64,000 nucleotides of DNA. Source: Trueperaceae bacterium. GTDB lineage: Bacteria > Deinococcota > Deinococci > Deinococcales > Trueperaceae. The stretch lies in contig OZ243927.1 of NCBI GenBank assembly GCA_965213925.1, positions 3,712,001 to 3,776,000 of the forward strand, written 5' to 3'. The notes under the pieces are model-generated. The model was not told the DNA's origin. It was given only the letters and a program-made list of their open reading frames with translations, and searched no databases. Shown here one piece after another: positions 49,393 through 60,439 of this stretch (within the stretch, counting starts at the first letter, position 1; each line of letters opens with the position of its first letter). The position numbers and the translations under genes were made by a program.

Positions 49393-50730
49393 GTGACGAC
49401 GTTATCGCCCCAATTCGTCGCGGACCTAGCAGGCGTGTCGCTCTCTAAGTCCCTACAGGACGCGCGCGGCGTGAGCTTTCACTCAGCGCGGGTTCGCCCC
49501 GGCGACGCCTTCTTCGCCCTTCCCGGCGCGGCGGGGCACGGGCTGCACTACGCCGAGCAAGCGTTGGGGGCGGGCGCGGCGTTCATCGTTTCGGACAAAC
49601 CCCACCCGCGCGGTATGCAAGTCGAGAACCCCGCGCAAGTCCTCATAGATTTAGGCAAATACGCGAGAGGTCAGCTTCACGGTGCGGTCGTCGGCGTGAC
49701 GGGTTCGGCAGGCAAGACGAGCACCAAAGCGATGCTCGCGGCGGCACTCCGTGCGGCGGTGAGCCCCGGAAATTTCAATACACCGCTCGCCCTAGCACAA
49801 GTTCTTGTAGACGCCTGGCTAGGGGAGAAAACCTCAGAGGACGACGTTCTCGTGCTCGAGCTAGGCATCGACCATGTCGGCGAGATGGACGAACTCGTCG
49901 CGCTGACCAGACCCACGCACGCGGTTCTCACGCTTATCGCAGAGAGTCATCTGAGCGCTCTAGGCGACGTCGAAACTGTCGCGAGAGAGAAACTCAAGCT
50001 CGTGGGCGCGGCTGAATACGCTTTCGTCAGCGAGCAAGCCGCCCCTTTCATGAACGAGGAGCAAGGCGAGAAAAGCACCGTCTATGGTCTCGGCACCAAT
50101 ACGAATATCTGGGGGGCAGACCTCTCGGGTGTCGTCACGGATATGTCGCCAAGAGGTCAGCGGCTTCAAGTCGGCGGCGTGACCATCACCCTCCCCTATT
50201 TAGGCGACGCGATGGCGCGAAACGCGGTGGCGGCGGTCCATTTAGCACGGCACTTCGGGCTCGACTTGAATGAAGTCGCCGAGAGGTTGAGCGGGGTGAG
50301 GCTCGAGCCCGGACGTTTAGAGGTCAAACAGAGCGGCGACCTGACCATCATCGACGACTCGTACAACAGCAACCCCGCATCGGCGGCGGCGGCTCTGGAG
50401 GTCCTGCGTCAGTTTCCGAGACCGCACACCGCCGTTTTAGGCGACATGCTAGAACTCGGTGAGGTATCTGAAGCGCGTCACCGTGACTTGGGAAAGCGGA
50501 CGTTGGACTTGGGGCGCGTCTTCGCCATCGGAGACGAAGCGCGGTTTATCGCGGCAGAGAACCCGCAAGCGGCTCACCTCGCTTCGGCTGACCTCTTGAA
50601 CGTGACCGAACAGCTTCCCCCTCACGGGACGGTGTTGGTAAAGGGCTCGAGGGGGATGCGGCTCGAGCGGCTCGTTCAGGCGCTCGAAACAAAGAACGAA
50701 GAGGTCCGACAAGAGGTTGCAGCAAAGTGA
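49393..50730 (+). CDS. murF: UDP-MurNAc-tripeptide D-Ala-D-Ala ligase
   Basis: GSAGKTSTK, DDSYNSNP, LGDMLELG and KGSRG motifs. Confidence 0.93.
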   Translation: MTTLSPQFVADLAGVSLSKSLQDARGVSFHSARVRPGDAFFALPGAAGHGLHYAEQALGAGAAFIVSDKPHPRGMQVENPAQVLIDLGKYARGQLHGAVVGVTGSAGKTSTKAMLAAALRAAVSPGNFNTPLALAQVLVDAWLGEKTSEDDVLVLELGIDHVGEMDELVALTRPTHAVLTLIAESHLSALGDVETVAREKLKLVGAAEYAFVSEQAAPFMNEEQGEKSTVYGLGTNTNIWGADLSGVVTDMSPRGQRLQVGGVTITLPYLGDAMARNAVAAVHLARHFGLDLNEVAERLSGVRLEPGRLEVKQSGDLTIIDDSYNSNPASAAAALEVLRQFPRPHTAVLGDMLELGEVSEARHRDLGKRTLDLGRVFAIGDEARFIAAENPQAAHLASADLLNVTEQLPPHGTVLVKGSRGMRLERLVQALETKNEEVRQEVAAK

Positions 50731-51638
50731 CGGTGCTCTGGTCCGCCCTCCTGTCCCTTTTACTCGTGGGTATCTTTATCCAACTCGCGGGGCGCTACGG
50801 TTGGGGCAAAGGGATACGCCGCGACGGACCCCAGAGCCACCTCAAAAAAGCGGGCACGCCGACGATGGGGGGCGCAGCCTTTCTGCTCGCCGCCTTAGCC
50901 GCGTGGCTCCTCTTCGGCGAGCCGAGCTTCGACGGACTCGCCGTAGTTATGCTGACCTTCGCCGCCGCTCTCTTAGGACTCTACGATGACCTCTTGGCGC
51001 TCCGCCGCAAACGCCGCGCCGCCGCTGGCGAAGACGACACGACAGGGCTTTTAGCGCGTTACCGCTTGCTCATGCAGGGCGCACTCGCCTTCGCGTTTTC
51101 CATTTACGCCGTGCGCGGCGGCTACACGCTCTTCGACATCCAAGTCTTCGACCTCTTGGCGTTCACCTTTATCATCATGGGAACCATCAACGCGGTGAAC
51201 TTCAGCGATGGGCTAGACGGGCTCGCGGGCGGCATGGCCGCGCTCATCTTGCTGCCTTTTATCGGCGTGAGCTTCGTGGCGGCGCTTATCGGTTCGCTTT
51301 TGGGGTTTCTCTGGTACAACGGTTCGCCTGCTCGAGTCTTCATGGGCGGCGTCGGCTCGGAAGGGCTCGGCGCGGCGGTGGCGGGCGTCGCGATTCTCTC
51401 CGGCTGGGTCTGGTGGCTGCCGCTGATCGCGCTCATACCCGTTTTAGAAGTTTTATCCGTCATCATCCAAGTCACGTACTTTCGGGTAACGGGCGGCAAA
51501 CGCTTTTTCAAGATGAGCCCGCTGCACCATCACTTCGAGCTTTCGGGCTGGTCGGAGACGCAAGTCGTGACGCGCTTTTGGCTCGTCACGGCGGTGTGTG
51601 TAGCGGTGGCGTGGGGCTTTCACGGAGGATTAGCGTGA
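50727..51638 (+). CDS. mraY: Phospho-MurNAc-pentapeptide translocase
   Basis: GTPTMGG, NFSDGLDGL and PLHHHFE motifs. Confidence 0.95.
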   Translation: MTVLWSALLSLLLVGIFIQLAGRYGWGKGIRRDGPQSHLKKAGTPTMGGAAFLLAALAAWLLFGEPSFDGLAVVMLTFAAALLGLYDDLLALRRKRRAAAGEDDTTGLLARYRLLMQGALAFAFSIYAVRGGYTLFDIQVFDLLAFTFIIMGTINAVNFSDGLDGLAGGMAALILLPFIGVSFVAALIGSLLGFLWYNGSPARVFMGGVGSEGLGAAVAGVAILSGWVWWLPLIALIPVLEVLSVIIQVTYFRVTGGKRFFKMSPLHHHFELSGWSETQVVTRFWLVTAVCVAVAWGFHGGLA

Positions 51639-53011
51639 GGGTACTCGTGTACGGTTTAGGACGGAGCGGCGTCTCCGCAGGTAAGCTTTTGCGCTCGCAA
51701 GGTCATGAAGTTATCTATTTTGACGAAAAGGTCGAGATGTTACCTGAACTGGACGCGCTCGGCTGTGAACGTATAAATTCACCTCTCGATACGAAGAGGA
51801 TAGACGTGTGTATCGCCGCTCCCGGCGTCCCTTACGACCATCCCGACTTGGTTGCGCTAAGAGGTCGTGAGATCGAAACGATAGGCGAAGTCGAATGGGT
51901 TTATAGAACGGTGAATGCAGACATCGTCGGCATCACGGGCACGGCGGGCAAAGGAACCGTCACGCGCTGGACGAGTGACGCCCTGCAAGCAGCAGGGTTA
52001 GACGCGCCCGCAGGCGGAAATATCGACCCGGCGCTCTCGGAAGTGGCGGAAGAAGGTAAGACGCTCGTGGCGGAGTTGTCGTCGTTCATGTTGGAGCGCA
52101 CGCCCACGCTCAAGCCTCGCATCGCCGCCGCACTTAACCTAGACGTAGACCACTTAGACCGCCACGGTAGCGTGGCGGCTTATCACGAAGCAAAGCGCAA
52201 CCTCATCAAGAATCTGGACGAAGGCTGTACCTTTATCTACAACGCCGACGATACAAAGCTTCACGCTTGGGCGACCGAGGCGGAGGAAAAAGGCGCTAGT
52301 GTTCTCTCTTTCAGCATCACGCAACTTGCTGACGCTTATCTAACTGACGACACTATTTTTTTAGACGGAGAACCTCTATTGCCCCTCCAAGAATTACAGA
52401 TTAGCGGCTCACACCACTACGCCAACGCGCTCGCCGTGGCGCTTATCTGCCGAGCGAAAGGGTTGACTCGAGACCAGATAAAAGACGGTTTAGTTGCGTT
52501 TGTGGGCATTCCCGGACGTTACAGCTTGGTCAAGACATTGGGCGACGTTCGCTTCATCGAGGATTCGGTTGCGACGCGCTCGCTCGCCGTTCGCGCCGCA
52601 TTAGAAGCGACGCCCGCCCCTGTCGTCTGGCTCGCAGGTGGGCAGGACAAGGGCGCGGACTTCACCGCTTTAGAGCCTCTTATCCGCGCTAAGGTCGCGC
52701 TTTTTGTCGGCATCGGCGCGTCGGGTCGAGCCTTTGCTGAGGCTGTTTCGGATTGGACGCAGACGGTTGTGGTTGAGGCTCGAGATGGACAAGTAGCCAT
52801 GGACCGAGCAGTGCAGCAGGCGTCAGCGTTTTTACAAAATGATCCGGAAGGCGGCACGGTTCTACTCGCACCACTCGCGGCGTCGTTTGACCAATTTAAG
52901 GACTACAAGGCAAGGGCTCAAGCTTTTAGAAACGCCGTTCGTGCGCTGGAAAACAACTTAGGCGCGCCCCAGAACACTTTAGAGGAAGAGGTCTCGTGGA
53001 CCCGCTCCTAG
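51635..53011 (+). CDS. murD: UDP-MurNAc-L-Ala D-glutamate ligase
   Basis: GLGRSG, GITGTAGKGT, ELSSF, DHLDRH and ASFDQF motifs. Confidence 0.93.
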   Translation: MRVLVYGLGRSGVSAGKLLRSQGHEVIYFDEKVEMLPELDALGCERINSPLDTKRIDVCIAAPGVPYDHPDLVALRGREIETIGEVEWVYRTVNADIVGITGTAGKGTVTRWTSDALQAAGLDAPAGGNIDPALSEVAEEGKTLVAELSSFMLERTPTLKPRIAAALNLDVDHLDRHGSVAAYHEAKRNLIKNLDEGCTFIYNADDTKLHAWATEAEEKGASVLSFSITQLADAYLTDDTIFLDGEPLLPLQELQISGSHHYANALAVALICRAKGLTRDQIKDGLVAFVGIPGRYSLVKTLGDVRFIEDSVATRSLAVRAALEATPAPVVWLAGGQDKGADFTALEPLIRAKVALFVGIGASGRAFAEAVSDWTQTVVVEARDGQVAMDRAVQQASAFLQNDPEGGTVLLAPLAASFDQFKDYKARAQAFRNAVRALENNLGAPQNTLEEEVSWTRS

Positions 53012-54078
53012 TCTTTACGCAGCTCATCCTCGGTACGCTAGGCGTTTTGGGCGTCGCCACAAGCGCACCCGAGCTGTGGCCCGCGCACCTCTTGCGGGTG
53101 CTCGCGGGGTTGGCGCTCACCGCCCTAGTCTCGCGCATCTCGCCCCAGCGGGTCGTGCGCCTCAGCCCTTACGCCTACGTGAGCGTACTCATCCTCTTGG
53201 CGGCGGTTTTAGTCGTCGGCATCTCGCCCGAAGGCAGCGACGCGAAGCGCTGGCTCGACCTAGGCCTCTTCACGCTACAACCCTCCGAGCTGATGAAAGT
53301 CGCAGTCATCGCCTATCTCACGACCTTCTTCCACAACCATCTGGGCGACTGGCAGATTTGGCGGCCCATGTTCGTCATCGGCCTAGCAGCCGGGCTCATC
53401 GTGGCGGAGCCAGACGTAAGCACGGCGGGTTTTATCTTTTTACTCGCGTTTGCCATTATGTTAGCGGCGGGTACGACGGTCGTGCGGCTTTTAAGCATTA
53501 CGGCGGCGGCGGCGGTCGTTGCGGTGCTTATCGCAGGACCGTACCTCAGCGAATATCCCTACATCGGTGAACGCATAAGGGGCTTCGAGGACCTTTGGGG
53601 AGAGCAAGCGCAGGCGCAGACCGAGAGCTATCAGGCGGTGCAGGCGCAGCGCACGCTCGTTCGCGCCGGGCTTTTCGGCGTCGGGCCCGGCGAAATCATC
53701 CGCGTGCCCGAAGCGGATACGGACATGATCGCGGTTTCGGTGGCGCACGCGCTCGGGCTCTTGGGTGTCGTGACGCTCTTTGCGCTCTATATATTCATCG
53801 CGGTGCGGGGGCTGGGGGTCGCCTCGAGCCTCACCGGACCCGGCTCGCTCTTAGCGGCGGGGGCGACGGCGTATATCTGTGGTCAGGCGGCGCTGAATCT
53901 ACTCGTTGCCAGCGGGCTCGTTCCCGTGACGGGGATTCCCCTACCCTTCGTTTCTTACGGACAAAACAGCCTCTTCTCGGTGGCGATTGCGATGGGCTTT
54001 ATCCACAGCGCCTACCGCATTTCGCAGAATCCTGAGCTGGCAGCGCGGGACGCCGCCAGGAGAGAGGAGACTGCGTGA
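52996..54078 (+). CDS. ftsW: SEDS protein FtsW
   Basis: AKRWL, QPSELMK and TGIPLPFVSYG motifs. Confidence 0.92.
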   Translation: MDPLLVFTQLILGTLGVLGVATSAPELWPAHLLRVLAGLALTALVSRISPQRVVRLSPYAYVSVLILLAAVLVVGISPEGSDAKRWLDLGLFTLQPSELMKVAVIAYLTTFFHNHLGDWQIWRPMFVIGLAAGLIVAEPDVSTAGFIFLLAFAIMLAAGTTVVRLLSITAAAAVVAVLIAGPYLSEYPYIGERIRGFEDLWGEQAQAQTESYQAVQAQRTLVRAGLFGVGPGEIIRVPEADTDMIAVSVAHALGLLGVVTLFALYIFIAVRGLGVASSLTGPGSLLAAGATAYICGQAALNLLVASGLVPVTGIPLPFVSYGQNSLFSVAIAMGFIHSAYRISQNPELAARDAARREETA

Positions 54079-55217
54079 ACCGGATTCTTCTCGCTACGGG
54101 CGGCACGGGCGGTCACATCTACCCGGCGCTTGCAACGGCCAAGGAACTCCAAGCTCGAGGCTACGAGGTCGCCTTTACCGGGCAGCGCGGCGGCATGGAG
54201 GCGCGGCTCGTGCCGGAAGCAGGGCTTGAATTTCACGGCGTCCGGGCCGGCAAGTGGCATAGGGGTCGCCCGGACCCGCGTCAGGCGGTACAAGCGGGGC
54301 TAGGGCTGTGGGACGCGGTCAAGGTCGTGCGGGCGCTAAAGCCTTCTATGGTGGTTGGCTTCGGCGGCTTCGCGAGCTTTCCGGGGTTGGCAGCCGCCAC
54401 CGCGCTGCGCGTTCCGGTCGCCCTGCACGAACAAAACGCACTTCCTGGTAAGGTCACACGTTGGTTCTCTCACCGCGCTGTATTTATCGCCACGGCGGAC
54501 GAAGAGGTCGCAGCGCATTTGCCTATGTACGGGAGGAAGCTCGTACAGGTCGGCGTCCCCGTGCGAGAGGTGCGCCTGGATAAGCGTGAAGCGCGGCGTC
54601 AACTCGGTTTTTCCGAAGAGGGTGTGCTCACCCTAGTGATGGGCGGAAGCCAAGGGTCTATCGTTTTGAACGAACACGTGCCGAAAGCGTTCACCGACTT
54701 GCAATCCTCGCCCCGAGAGCCTCTGAGCGTCTTGCACAGCAGCGGCGAGCGCCACCTGGAGAGGGTCAACGTTCTAGCCGAAGGGGTACCCAACTACCGC
54801 GTGGACAGCTTCGTGGACGCTGTGGTAGCCTGGTCTGCGGCGGATTTGGCGATCACGAGAGCGGGCAATGGTACGCTCGCGGAGGCAGCCTTTCACGGGG
54901 TTCCTCTCGTGATGATTCCACTCGCCTCGTCAGCCGAAAACCATCAACTCTATAACGCAAAAGCAGCCGAAGCTGCTGGCGCAGGGCGCGCCTTAGAAGA
55001 GCATGACTTAGGGCGGCTTGCGGCAACGTGGCAGTCCCTTTTGAACCCGGAGACGCGTCAAGCTGCGGGGGAGGCGGCGCGCCGGCGTTCGCCCGAAGGG
55101 GCGGCGGCGCGGCTCGCGCAGCTTATTGAGGCGTCGGTTAAGGCGTTGCCAAACCAAGATTTTCGCACGGACGACGCCTCTCGAGGGGCTGCGGACCGTG
55201 TTCAGGAGCGAGGATGA
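54075..55217 (+). CDS. murG: GlcNAc transferase MurG
   Basis: GGTGGHIYPA, HEQN and GGSQG motifs. Confidence 0.95.
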   Translation: MNRILLATGGTGGHIYPALATAKELQARGYEVAFTGQRGGMEARLVPEAGLEFHGVRAGKWHRGRPDPRQAVQAGLGLWDAVKVVRALKPSMVVGFGGFASFPGLAAATALRVPVALHEQNALPGKVTRWFSHRAVFIATADEEVAAHLPMYGRKLVQVGVPVREVRLDKREARRQLGFSEEGVLTLVMGGSQGSIVLNEHVPKAFTDLQSSPREPLSVLHSSGERHLERVNVLAEGVPNYRVDSFVDAVVAWSAADLAITRAGNGTLAEAAFHGVPLVMIPLASSAENHQLYNAKAAEAAGAGRALEEHDLGRLAATWQSLLNPETRQAAGEAARRRSPEGAAARLAQLIEASVKALPNQDFRTDDASRGAADRVQERG

Positions 55218-56587
55218 AGTCTCACTTACATTTTATGGGCATCGGCGGGGTCGGCATGAGCGGCTTAGCCAGGTGGTACGCCGCCGACGGGTACAAGGTT
55301 TCGGGGTGCGACACGAGCCTCGGCGAAGAGGTCGAGTCGCTGCAAAACGAGGGGGTAACCGTTGACTTAGAGCATAACCCCACCCACATCGAAGGTATCG
55401 ACACCCTCATCAGCACGATGGCGGTGCCCGCTACCCATCCCGAAATCGGCGCGGCGAAAGCGCAGGGCAAACGCACGGTGCGGCGCATCGAACTCCTAGC
55501 CGAACTCTTAGCGGAGCATAAGAGCGTTACGGTGACGGGCACGCACGGCAAGAGCACCACGACGGGCATGATTGCCACCCTCTTTTTAGAAGCGGGCACC
55601 GACCCCTCGGTCTTGGTAGGCGGGCAGTTAGACGTGATGGGCGGCAACGTCCGCTATGGACAGGGTGAGCGCCTCATCGCCGAGGTAGACGAGTCGGACC
55701 CTGGTTTTGCTTATTTGCCCTCTGATATTGCCGTCATTACGAACTTGGAAGATGACCACATCGCGGGAGCCTTTTCTGAGCGGCGCAATTATCACGCGAG
55801 CTTAGATGAGCTGGAAAGCGCCACTAAGCGCTTCGCCGAACGCGCCAACCACGTTCTGTACTGCGCGGATTGGGCGAGTTTGGAGCCGCTCTTAAAGATG
55901 GATAACGCGCTCACGTATGGACTCAGCGAGGGAGCGACGTACCGCGCTGAGGTGACAGAACTTAGGGCGATGGGCAGCACGTTCACCCTGCATACACCCG
56001 AGAACTCCGTCGAGGTCAACTTACACGTGCCGGGTGAATACAACGTGCAGAACGCGGCGGCGGCGCTTGCGGCGGCGCATTTGGCGGGGCTCGAGCTAGG
56101 GGCCGCCGCAAAGCACCTGAATACCTTCACGGGCATCGGGCGGCGCTGGCAGCGGCGCGGGAGCGTCCAGGGTGCACTCATTATCGACGACTACGCGCAC
56201 CATCCGACCGAGGTCAGCGTGACGTTAGAGGCTGCTAAGCATACCGGGCGGCGCGTCCGCGCGGTTTTACAGCCCCACCGCTGGGTGCGCACCGCGAGGC
56301 ACTGGCCCGCCCTCGCCGACGCTGCGAGTCTCGCGGATGAAATTATCGTACTTGATATTTACGCCGCCGGGGAAAAAGCTATTCCCGGCATCTCTCCTGA
56401 ACTCATCGTCGAGCAACTCCGCGAGAAGGGCAAAGAGGCGAACTACCACAGCGCCGCCTCAGCGGAGCGTTACCTAGCAGAATCTTTGGAAGAGAACGAT
56501 TTAGTGATTACCCTCGGTGCGGGCGACGTGTGGCGCGTCGCCGAAGGGATCGTGAGGGCGCGCGGGGGTGACGATGAATCCGCCTAA
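55214..56587 (+). CDS. murC: UDP-MurNAc L-alanine ligase
   Basis: GIGGVGMSGLA, GTHGKSTTT and DDYAHHPTE motifs. Confidence 0.95.
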   Translation: MKSHLHFMGIGGVGMSGLARWYAADGYKVSGCDTSLGEEVESLQNEGVTVDLEHNPTHIEGIDTLISTMAVPATHPEIGAAKAQGKRTVRRIELLAELLAEHKSVTVTGTHGKSTTTGMIATLFLEAGTDPSVLVGGQLDVMGGNVRYGQGERLIAEVDESDPGFAYLPSDIAVITNLEDDHIAGAFSERRNYHASLDELESATKRFAERANHVLYCADWASLEPLLKMDNALTYGLSEGATYRAEVTELRAMGSTFTLHTPENSVEVNLHVPGEYNVQNAAAALAAAHLAGLELGAAAKHLNTFTGIGRRWQRRGSVQGALIIDDYAHHPTEVSVTLEAAKHTGRRVRAVLQPHRWVRTARHWPALADAASLADEIIVLDIYAAGEKAIPGISPELIVEQLREKGKEANYHSAASAERYLAESLEENDLVITLGAGDVWRVAEGIVRARGGDDESA

Positions 56588-57458
56588 CGCACTTATGAAA
56601 CGCACCCGCTTAGGACCGCTCACAACCCTGGGCGTCGGCGGCGAGGCGGAGCTGTGGGACGTTGGGGATGAAAGAGGTCTGCGTGAAGCTACCGCCGAAC
56701 CCTACCGCGTTTTAGGCGCAGGTTCGAATGTGCTCATCAGTGACGCAGGCGTGCCGGAGCGCGTCATCAAGTTGGGGCGTGCGTATAATACCATCCGCGA
56801 TTTCGGTGGCGCGCGTGACCTCTGGTTGGGCGCGGCGACGCCCCTGCCCGGTCTGGTGCGCCGCGCCACCGACGCAGGGCTCTCCGGTTTAGAACCTCTT
56901 CTCGGCATCCCCGCTGTTTTGGGCGGCGCAATCACTATGAACGCGGGCACGCGCTTCGGCGAGATGTCGGATGTGCTCCAAGCGGTCGAGGTGTTTGTGG
57001 ACGGGGGGCTTCAGCGGCTCGAGGCGGATGCGTTGGGTCTCAGCTACCGCCATAGCCAACTCCCCGAAGGAGCCGTTATCACGAGAGCAAGAATTCGTTT
57101 GACGCCTTCTACGCCCGAGCGCGTCGCCGCGAAAGTTGCGCAAGTGGACGCCGCTCGCAGAGGTCAGCCCAAAATTAAGTCGGCGGGCTGCGCCTTCAAA
57201 AATCCCCCCGGAGACAGCGCCGGTCGGCTCATCGACGTTCACGGACTCAAAGGTCTGCGCGTCGGGAACGCCCAAGTCTCATTCGAGCACGGCAACTTTA
57301 TCGTCAATTTAGGAGGAGCGAGCGCATGTGACGTCATAAAACTTTTAGAAGAGATCAAAGCGGAGGTTGACGTTCCCTTAGAGTCCGAATGGCAACTTTG
57401 GGGCTTTGGCACCCACGCAAGCGAACAGGAGGAAGCGTGCGCCGCCCCCTCATGCTAG
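56568..57458 (+). CDS. murB: UDP-N-acetylenolpyruvoylglucosamine reductase
   Basis: LGAGSN, MNAG, SAGCAFKNP and HGNFIVN motifs. Confidence 0.93.
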   Translation: MTMNPPNALMKRTRLGPLTTLGVGGEAELWDVGDERGLREATAEPYRVLGAGSNVLISDAGVPERVIKLGRAYNTIRDFGGARDLWLGAATPLPGLVRRATDAGLSGLEPLLGIPAVLGGAITMNAGTRFGEMSDVLQAVEVFVDGGLQRLEADALGLSYRHSQLPEGAVITRARIRLTPSTPERVAAKVAQVDAARRGQPKIKSAGCAFKNPPGDSAGRLIDVHGLKGLRVGNAQVSFEHGNFIVNLGGASACDVIKLLEEIKAEVDVPLESEWQLWGFGTHASEQEEACAAPSC

Positions 57459-58033
57459 CGCTCCTCGTCGCCCTAGTCGCGCTGCTCGTCACGACGCGCT
57501 TTTACCCGCAGGTCACGCGCGTAGAGGTCTTGGGCGCGTCTCACTACAGCAACGAGGAAATTCTTGCGCTCGCCAACCTAGAGCGCGGCGACCCGCTCCT
57601 GTGGGTCACGAAGTGGCGCAGCGCCCCCTTGGTCCAAGACCCCTGGATACGCCGCGCCCGCATCATCCGTCACTGGCCAGGCACGCTCTCTGTTGCGGTC
57701 TGGGAACGCGAGCCCTTTGCCCGCTTCGGCGAAACGGTCTACGCGCTAGATGGTACAGTGCTCCCTAATGTGTCAACTGAGCAAAAGGATGATTTGGTGA
57801 CCCTGCGTGGCTGGGGTCCAGACCGCACCGAGGAGGCGCTGGCACTCCTAAGGCTCGTCGCACCTTACGAGCCCGAGGTGTTAAGCTACTCGCCGAGCGG
57901 TTTCGACATTCGCTTCTCAGACTCGTCACTTTACACCCCGAGTGTGGACCTCTTGAGGACACACTGGTCGGGTTTCGTGGGTCAGAGCGAGGCGCGGGTC
58001 GCCGTCTACCCCTGGGGAGTGAGCGTACAATGA
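57437..58033 (+). CDS. ftsQ: Cell division protein FtsQ/DivIB (POTRA)
   Basis: TM segment plus DPWIRRARIIRHWPGTLSVAVWER. AGGAGG precedes GTG 57437. Confidence 0.8.
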   Translation: MRRPLMLALLVALVALLVTTRFYPQVTRVEVLGASHYSNEEILALANLERGDPLLWVTKWRSAPLVQDPWIRRARIIRHWPGTLSVAVWEREPFARFGETVYALDGTVLPNVSTEQKDDLVTLRGWGPDRTEEALALLRLVAPYEPEVLSYSPSGFDIRFSDSSLYTPSVDLLRTHWSGFVGQSEARVAVYPWGVSVQ

Positions 58034-59277
58034 TGGACGAACGTATTGTGGTCGGTTTAGATATCGGCACGACAAAAATCTGCACCGTCATAGGTGAAGT
58101 CGCCTCTGACGGGGTCTTGGACATTATCGGCGAGGGGACCGTCCCGAGTGACGGGCTCCGTAAAGGCGTCGTCGTCAACTTAGAGCGCACCATCGCCTCG
58201 GTGCGGCAGTCCATCGCAGCGGCCGAGCGCGTGGCGGGCGTCGAGGTCGGTGACGCCTGGATCGGGGTGGCGGGAACGCACCTCAAGGCGTTTAATAGCC
58301 ACGGCATGGTCGCTATCCGACGCGGTCAAGAGGTGTCTGGCTCGGACGTCGAGCGCACGGTTGAGAATGCTAGAGCTGTGCCCCTAGAGGCCAACATGGA
58401 CGTCATTCACGTGATTCCTCAGGAATACGTCGTAGACGGTCAGGACGGCATCAAAGACCCGGTGGGGATGAGCGGCGTGAGGCTCGAGGTCCACGTTCAC
58501 ATCGTCGCGGGCGCGCAGGGTCCCTTACAGAACCTTTCTCGCTGCGCCAAGGACGCAGGCGTCAGCGTCGAGGGCATCGTCGTCCAGTCGCTCGCCTCGG
58601 GCTTAGCGGTTTTAGACGACAGCGAAAAGGAACTCACCACCGTTTTAATCGACATCGGCGGCGGCACGACGGATGTAGGCGTCTTTCGGCGCGGCACGCT
58701 CGCGGATTCCTCGGTCATCCCTTTGGGCGGCGACCACATCACCCAAGATATCAGCCAGCTTTTACGCATCCCGCCCGACGAAGCCGAGCGGGTCAAGAAG
58801 AAGTACGGCGTGGCGATTCCTGACCTCGCCGACCGTGAGGTGGCGTTAGAGGTGGCGCACCCGAACTACACCGCGTCCTTGTCCACCTTCGAACTCGCGC
58901 AGGTGATTCGCCCTCGGGTCGTCGAAATCTTAGACCTCGTCAAGCGCTCCATCGAGCAGCGTATGGGCGCGTTGGAACTTCTAGCGGGCAACGTCGTCAT
59001 TACAGGGGGCGCGTCCCTGATGCCAGGGCTAGACCAAGTCGCCACGGAGCGCTTTCGCTTGCCCGTGCGCGTGGGCAAACCCATCAATATTTCCGGTTTG
59101 GACGACGTCGTGGCAAGCCCGGCACACGCCACCGCGGTCGGGTTGGTGCGCTACGGCGTAGAGCACTCCGCTCAGCAAGCGGCGGGCTCAGGCGCGCGGC
59201 GGGTTGGTGGGGGCGGCGAAAGCAGTATCTCAAACTTTTTCAGCAACATCCGCAATTTTCTCAAGGATTTTTTCTAG
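58030..59277 (+). CDS. ftsA: Cell division protein FtsA
   Basis: LDIGTTKI, DIGGGTTD and ITGGAS motifs. Confidence 0.95.
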   Translation: MMDERIVVGLDIGTTKICTVIGEVASDGVLDIIGEGTVPSDGLRKGVVVNLERTIASVRQSIAAAERVAGVEVGDAWIGVAGTHLKAFNSHGMVAIRRGQEVSGSDVERTVENARAVPLEANMDVIHVIPQEYVVDGQDGIKDPVGMSGVRLEVHVHIVAGAQGPLQNLSRCAKDAGVSVEGIVVQSLASGLAVLDDSEKELTTVLIDIGGGTTDVGVFRRGTLADSSVIPLGGDHITQDISQLLRIPPDEAERVKKKYGVAIPDLADREVALEVAHPNYTASLSTFELAQVIRPRVVEILDLVKRSIEQRMGALELLAGNVVITGGASLMPGLDQVATERFRLPVRVGKPINISGLDDVVASPAHATAVGLVRYGVEHSAQQAAGSGARRVGGGGESSISNFFSNIRNFLKDFF

Positions 59278-59352
59278 TGACTTTTTCTAGGTTTCTAGCT
59301 GCGGATTTTTAGGTGATTTACAAGTGATTTCTTTCCAGTTAAGGAGTGGGCT

Positions 59353-60428
59353 ATGACCATCAGCAGCGCAAACATGGATAACGCCGTCATCAGAGTGATT
59401 GGTCTTGGGGGAGGCGGCAACAACGCCGTCAACCGGATGATCGAAGCGGGGTTGGAGGGCGTGCAGTTCGTCGCCGCGAACACCGACGCGCAAGTTTTAA
59501 CGACGAGCTTAGCGGACACCCGCATCCAGATGGGCGACCACCTCACCAAGGGCTTGGGCGCGGGCGCAAACCCCGAAATCGGCGAGAAAGCTGCGAACGA
59601 AGACCGCGACCGCATCGCCGAGCAAGTGCGCAACTCCGACCTCGTCTTTATCACCGCTGGGATGGGCGGCGGCACGGGTACGGGCAGTGCGCCCGTTGTA
59701 GCAGAAATTGCCCGCGAGCAAGGGGCGCTCACCGTCGCGGTCGTCACGACGCCTTTCAGCTTCGAAGGCCCTAAACGGATGCGCCAAGCGGAAGAAGGCT
59801 TGCGGCGCTTAGAGGACAAAGTCGACGCCCTCATCGTCGTAGAAAACCAGCGCCTCTTGTCCGCGTTAGACCGCAAGGTCAAGCTCACCGACGCTTTTAG
59901 AGTCGCCGACCGCGTGCTGTACTACGGCGTCAAAGGCATCAGCGACGTGATCAACATGTCGGGTCTCATCAACGTGGACTTCGCCGACGTGCGGGCGCTC
60001 CTCTCAGGCGCGGGCACCGTCTTGATGGGCATCGGCACGGGGCGCGGCGAGCAACTCGTGGAAGAGGCGGCGAACAGCGCCACGCACAGCCCGCTTTTGG
60101 CAAGAGGTGTCGAGGGCGCGCACCAACTCCTCATCAACATCACGGGCTCGGAAGAGTTGACCCTTTTCGACGCCCACGAAATCGTCGAGAAGATCAGCGA
60201 AGCCACCGAAGTCGAAGACGTCAACGTGCTCTTCGGCGTCACTTACGACGAGGCAGCCGCCGACGAGGTGCGCGTCACCGTCATCGCCGCAGGCTTCGAC
60301 CACAACCCACAGACCAAGATTTTACGCCCCGCGCAACTTCGCGCCGCAGGTAGTGCGCAGGGCGCTCGTACGACCCGAGCAACTACGACATCCCTGCCTT
60401 CTTGCGCTACAACGCGGACGAGAACTAA
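59353..60428 (+). CDS. ftsZ: Cell division protein FtsZ (apparent frameshift near 60360)
   Basis: GGGGNNAV, GMGGGTGTG and INVDFAD motifs. The conserved DIPAFLR tail lies in another frame, ending at 60428. Confidence 0.93.
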
Positions 60429-60439
60429 AGGTAGGTGTT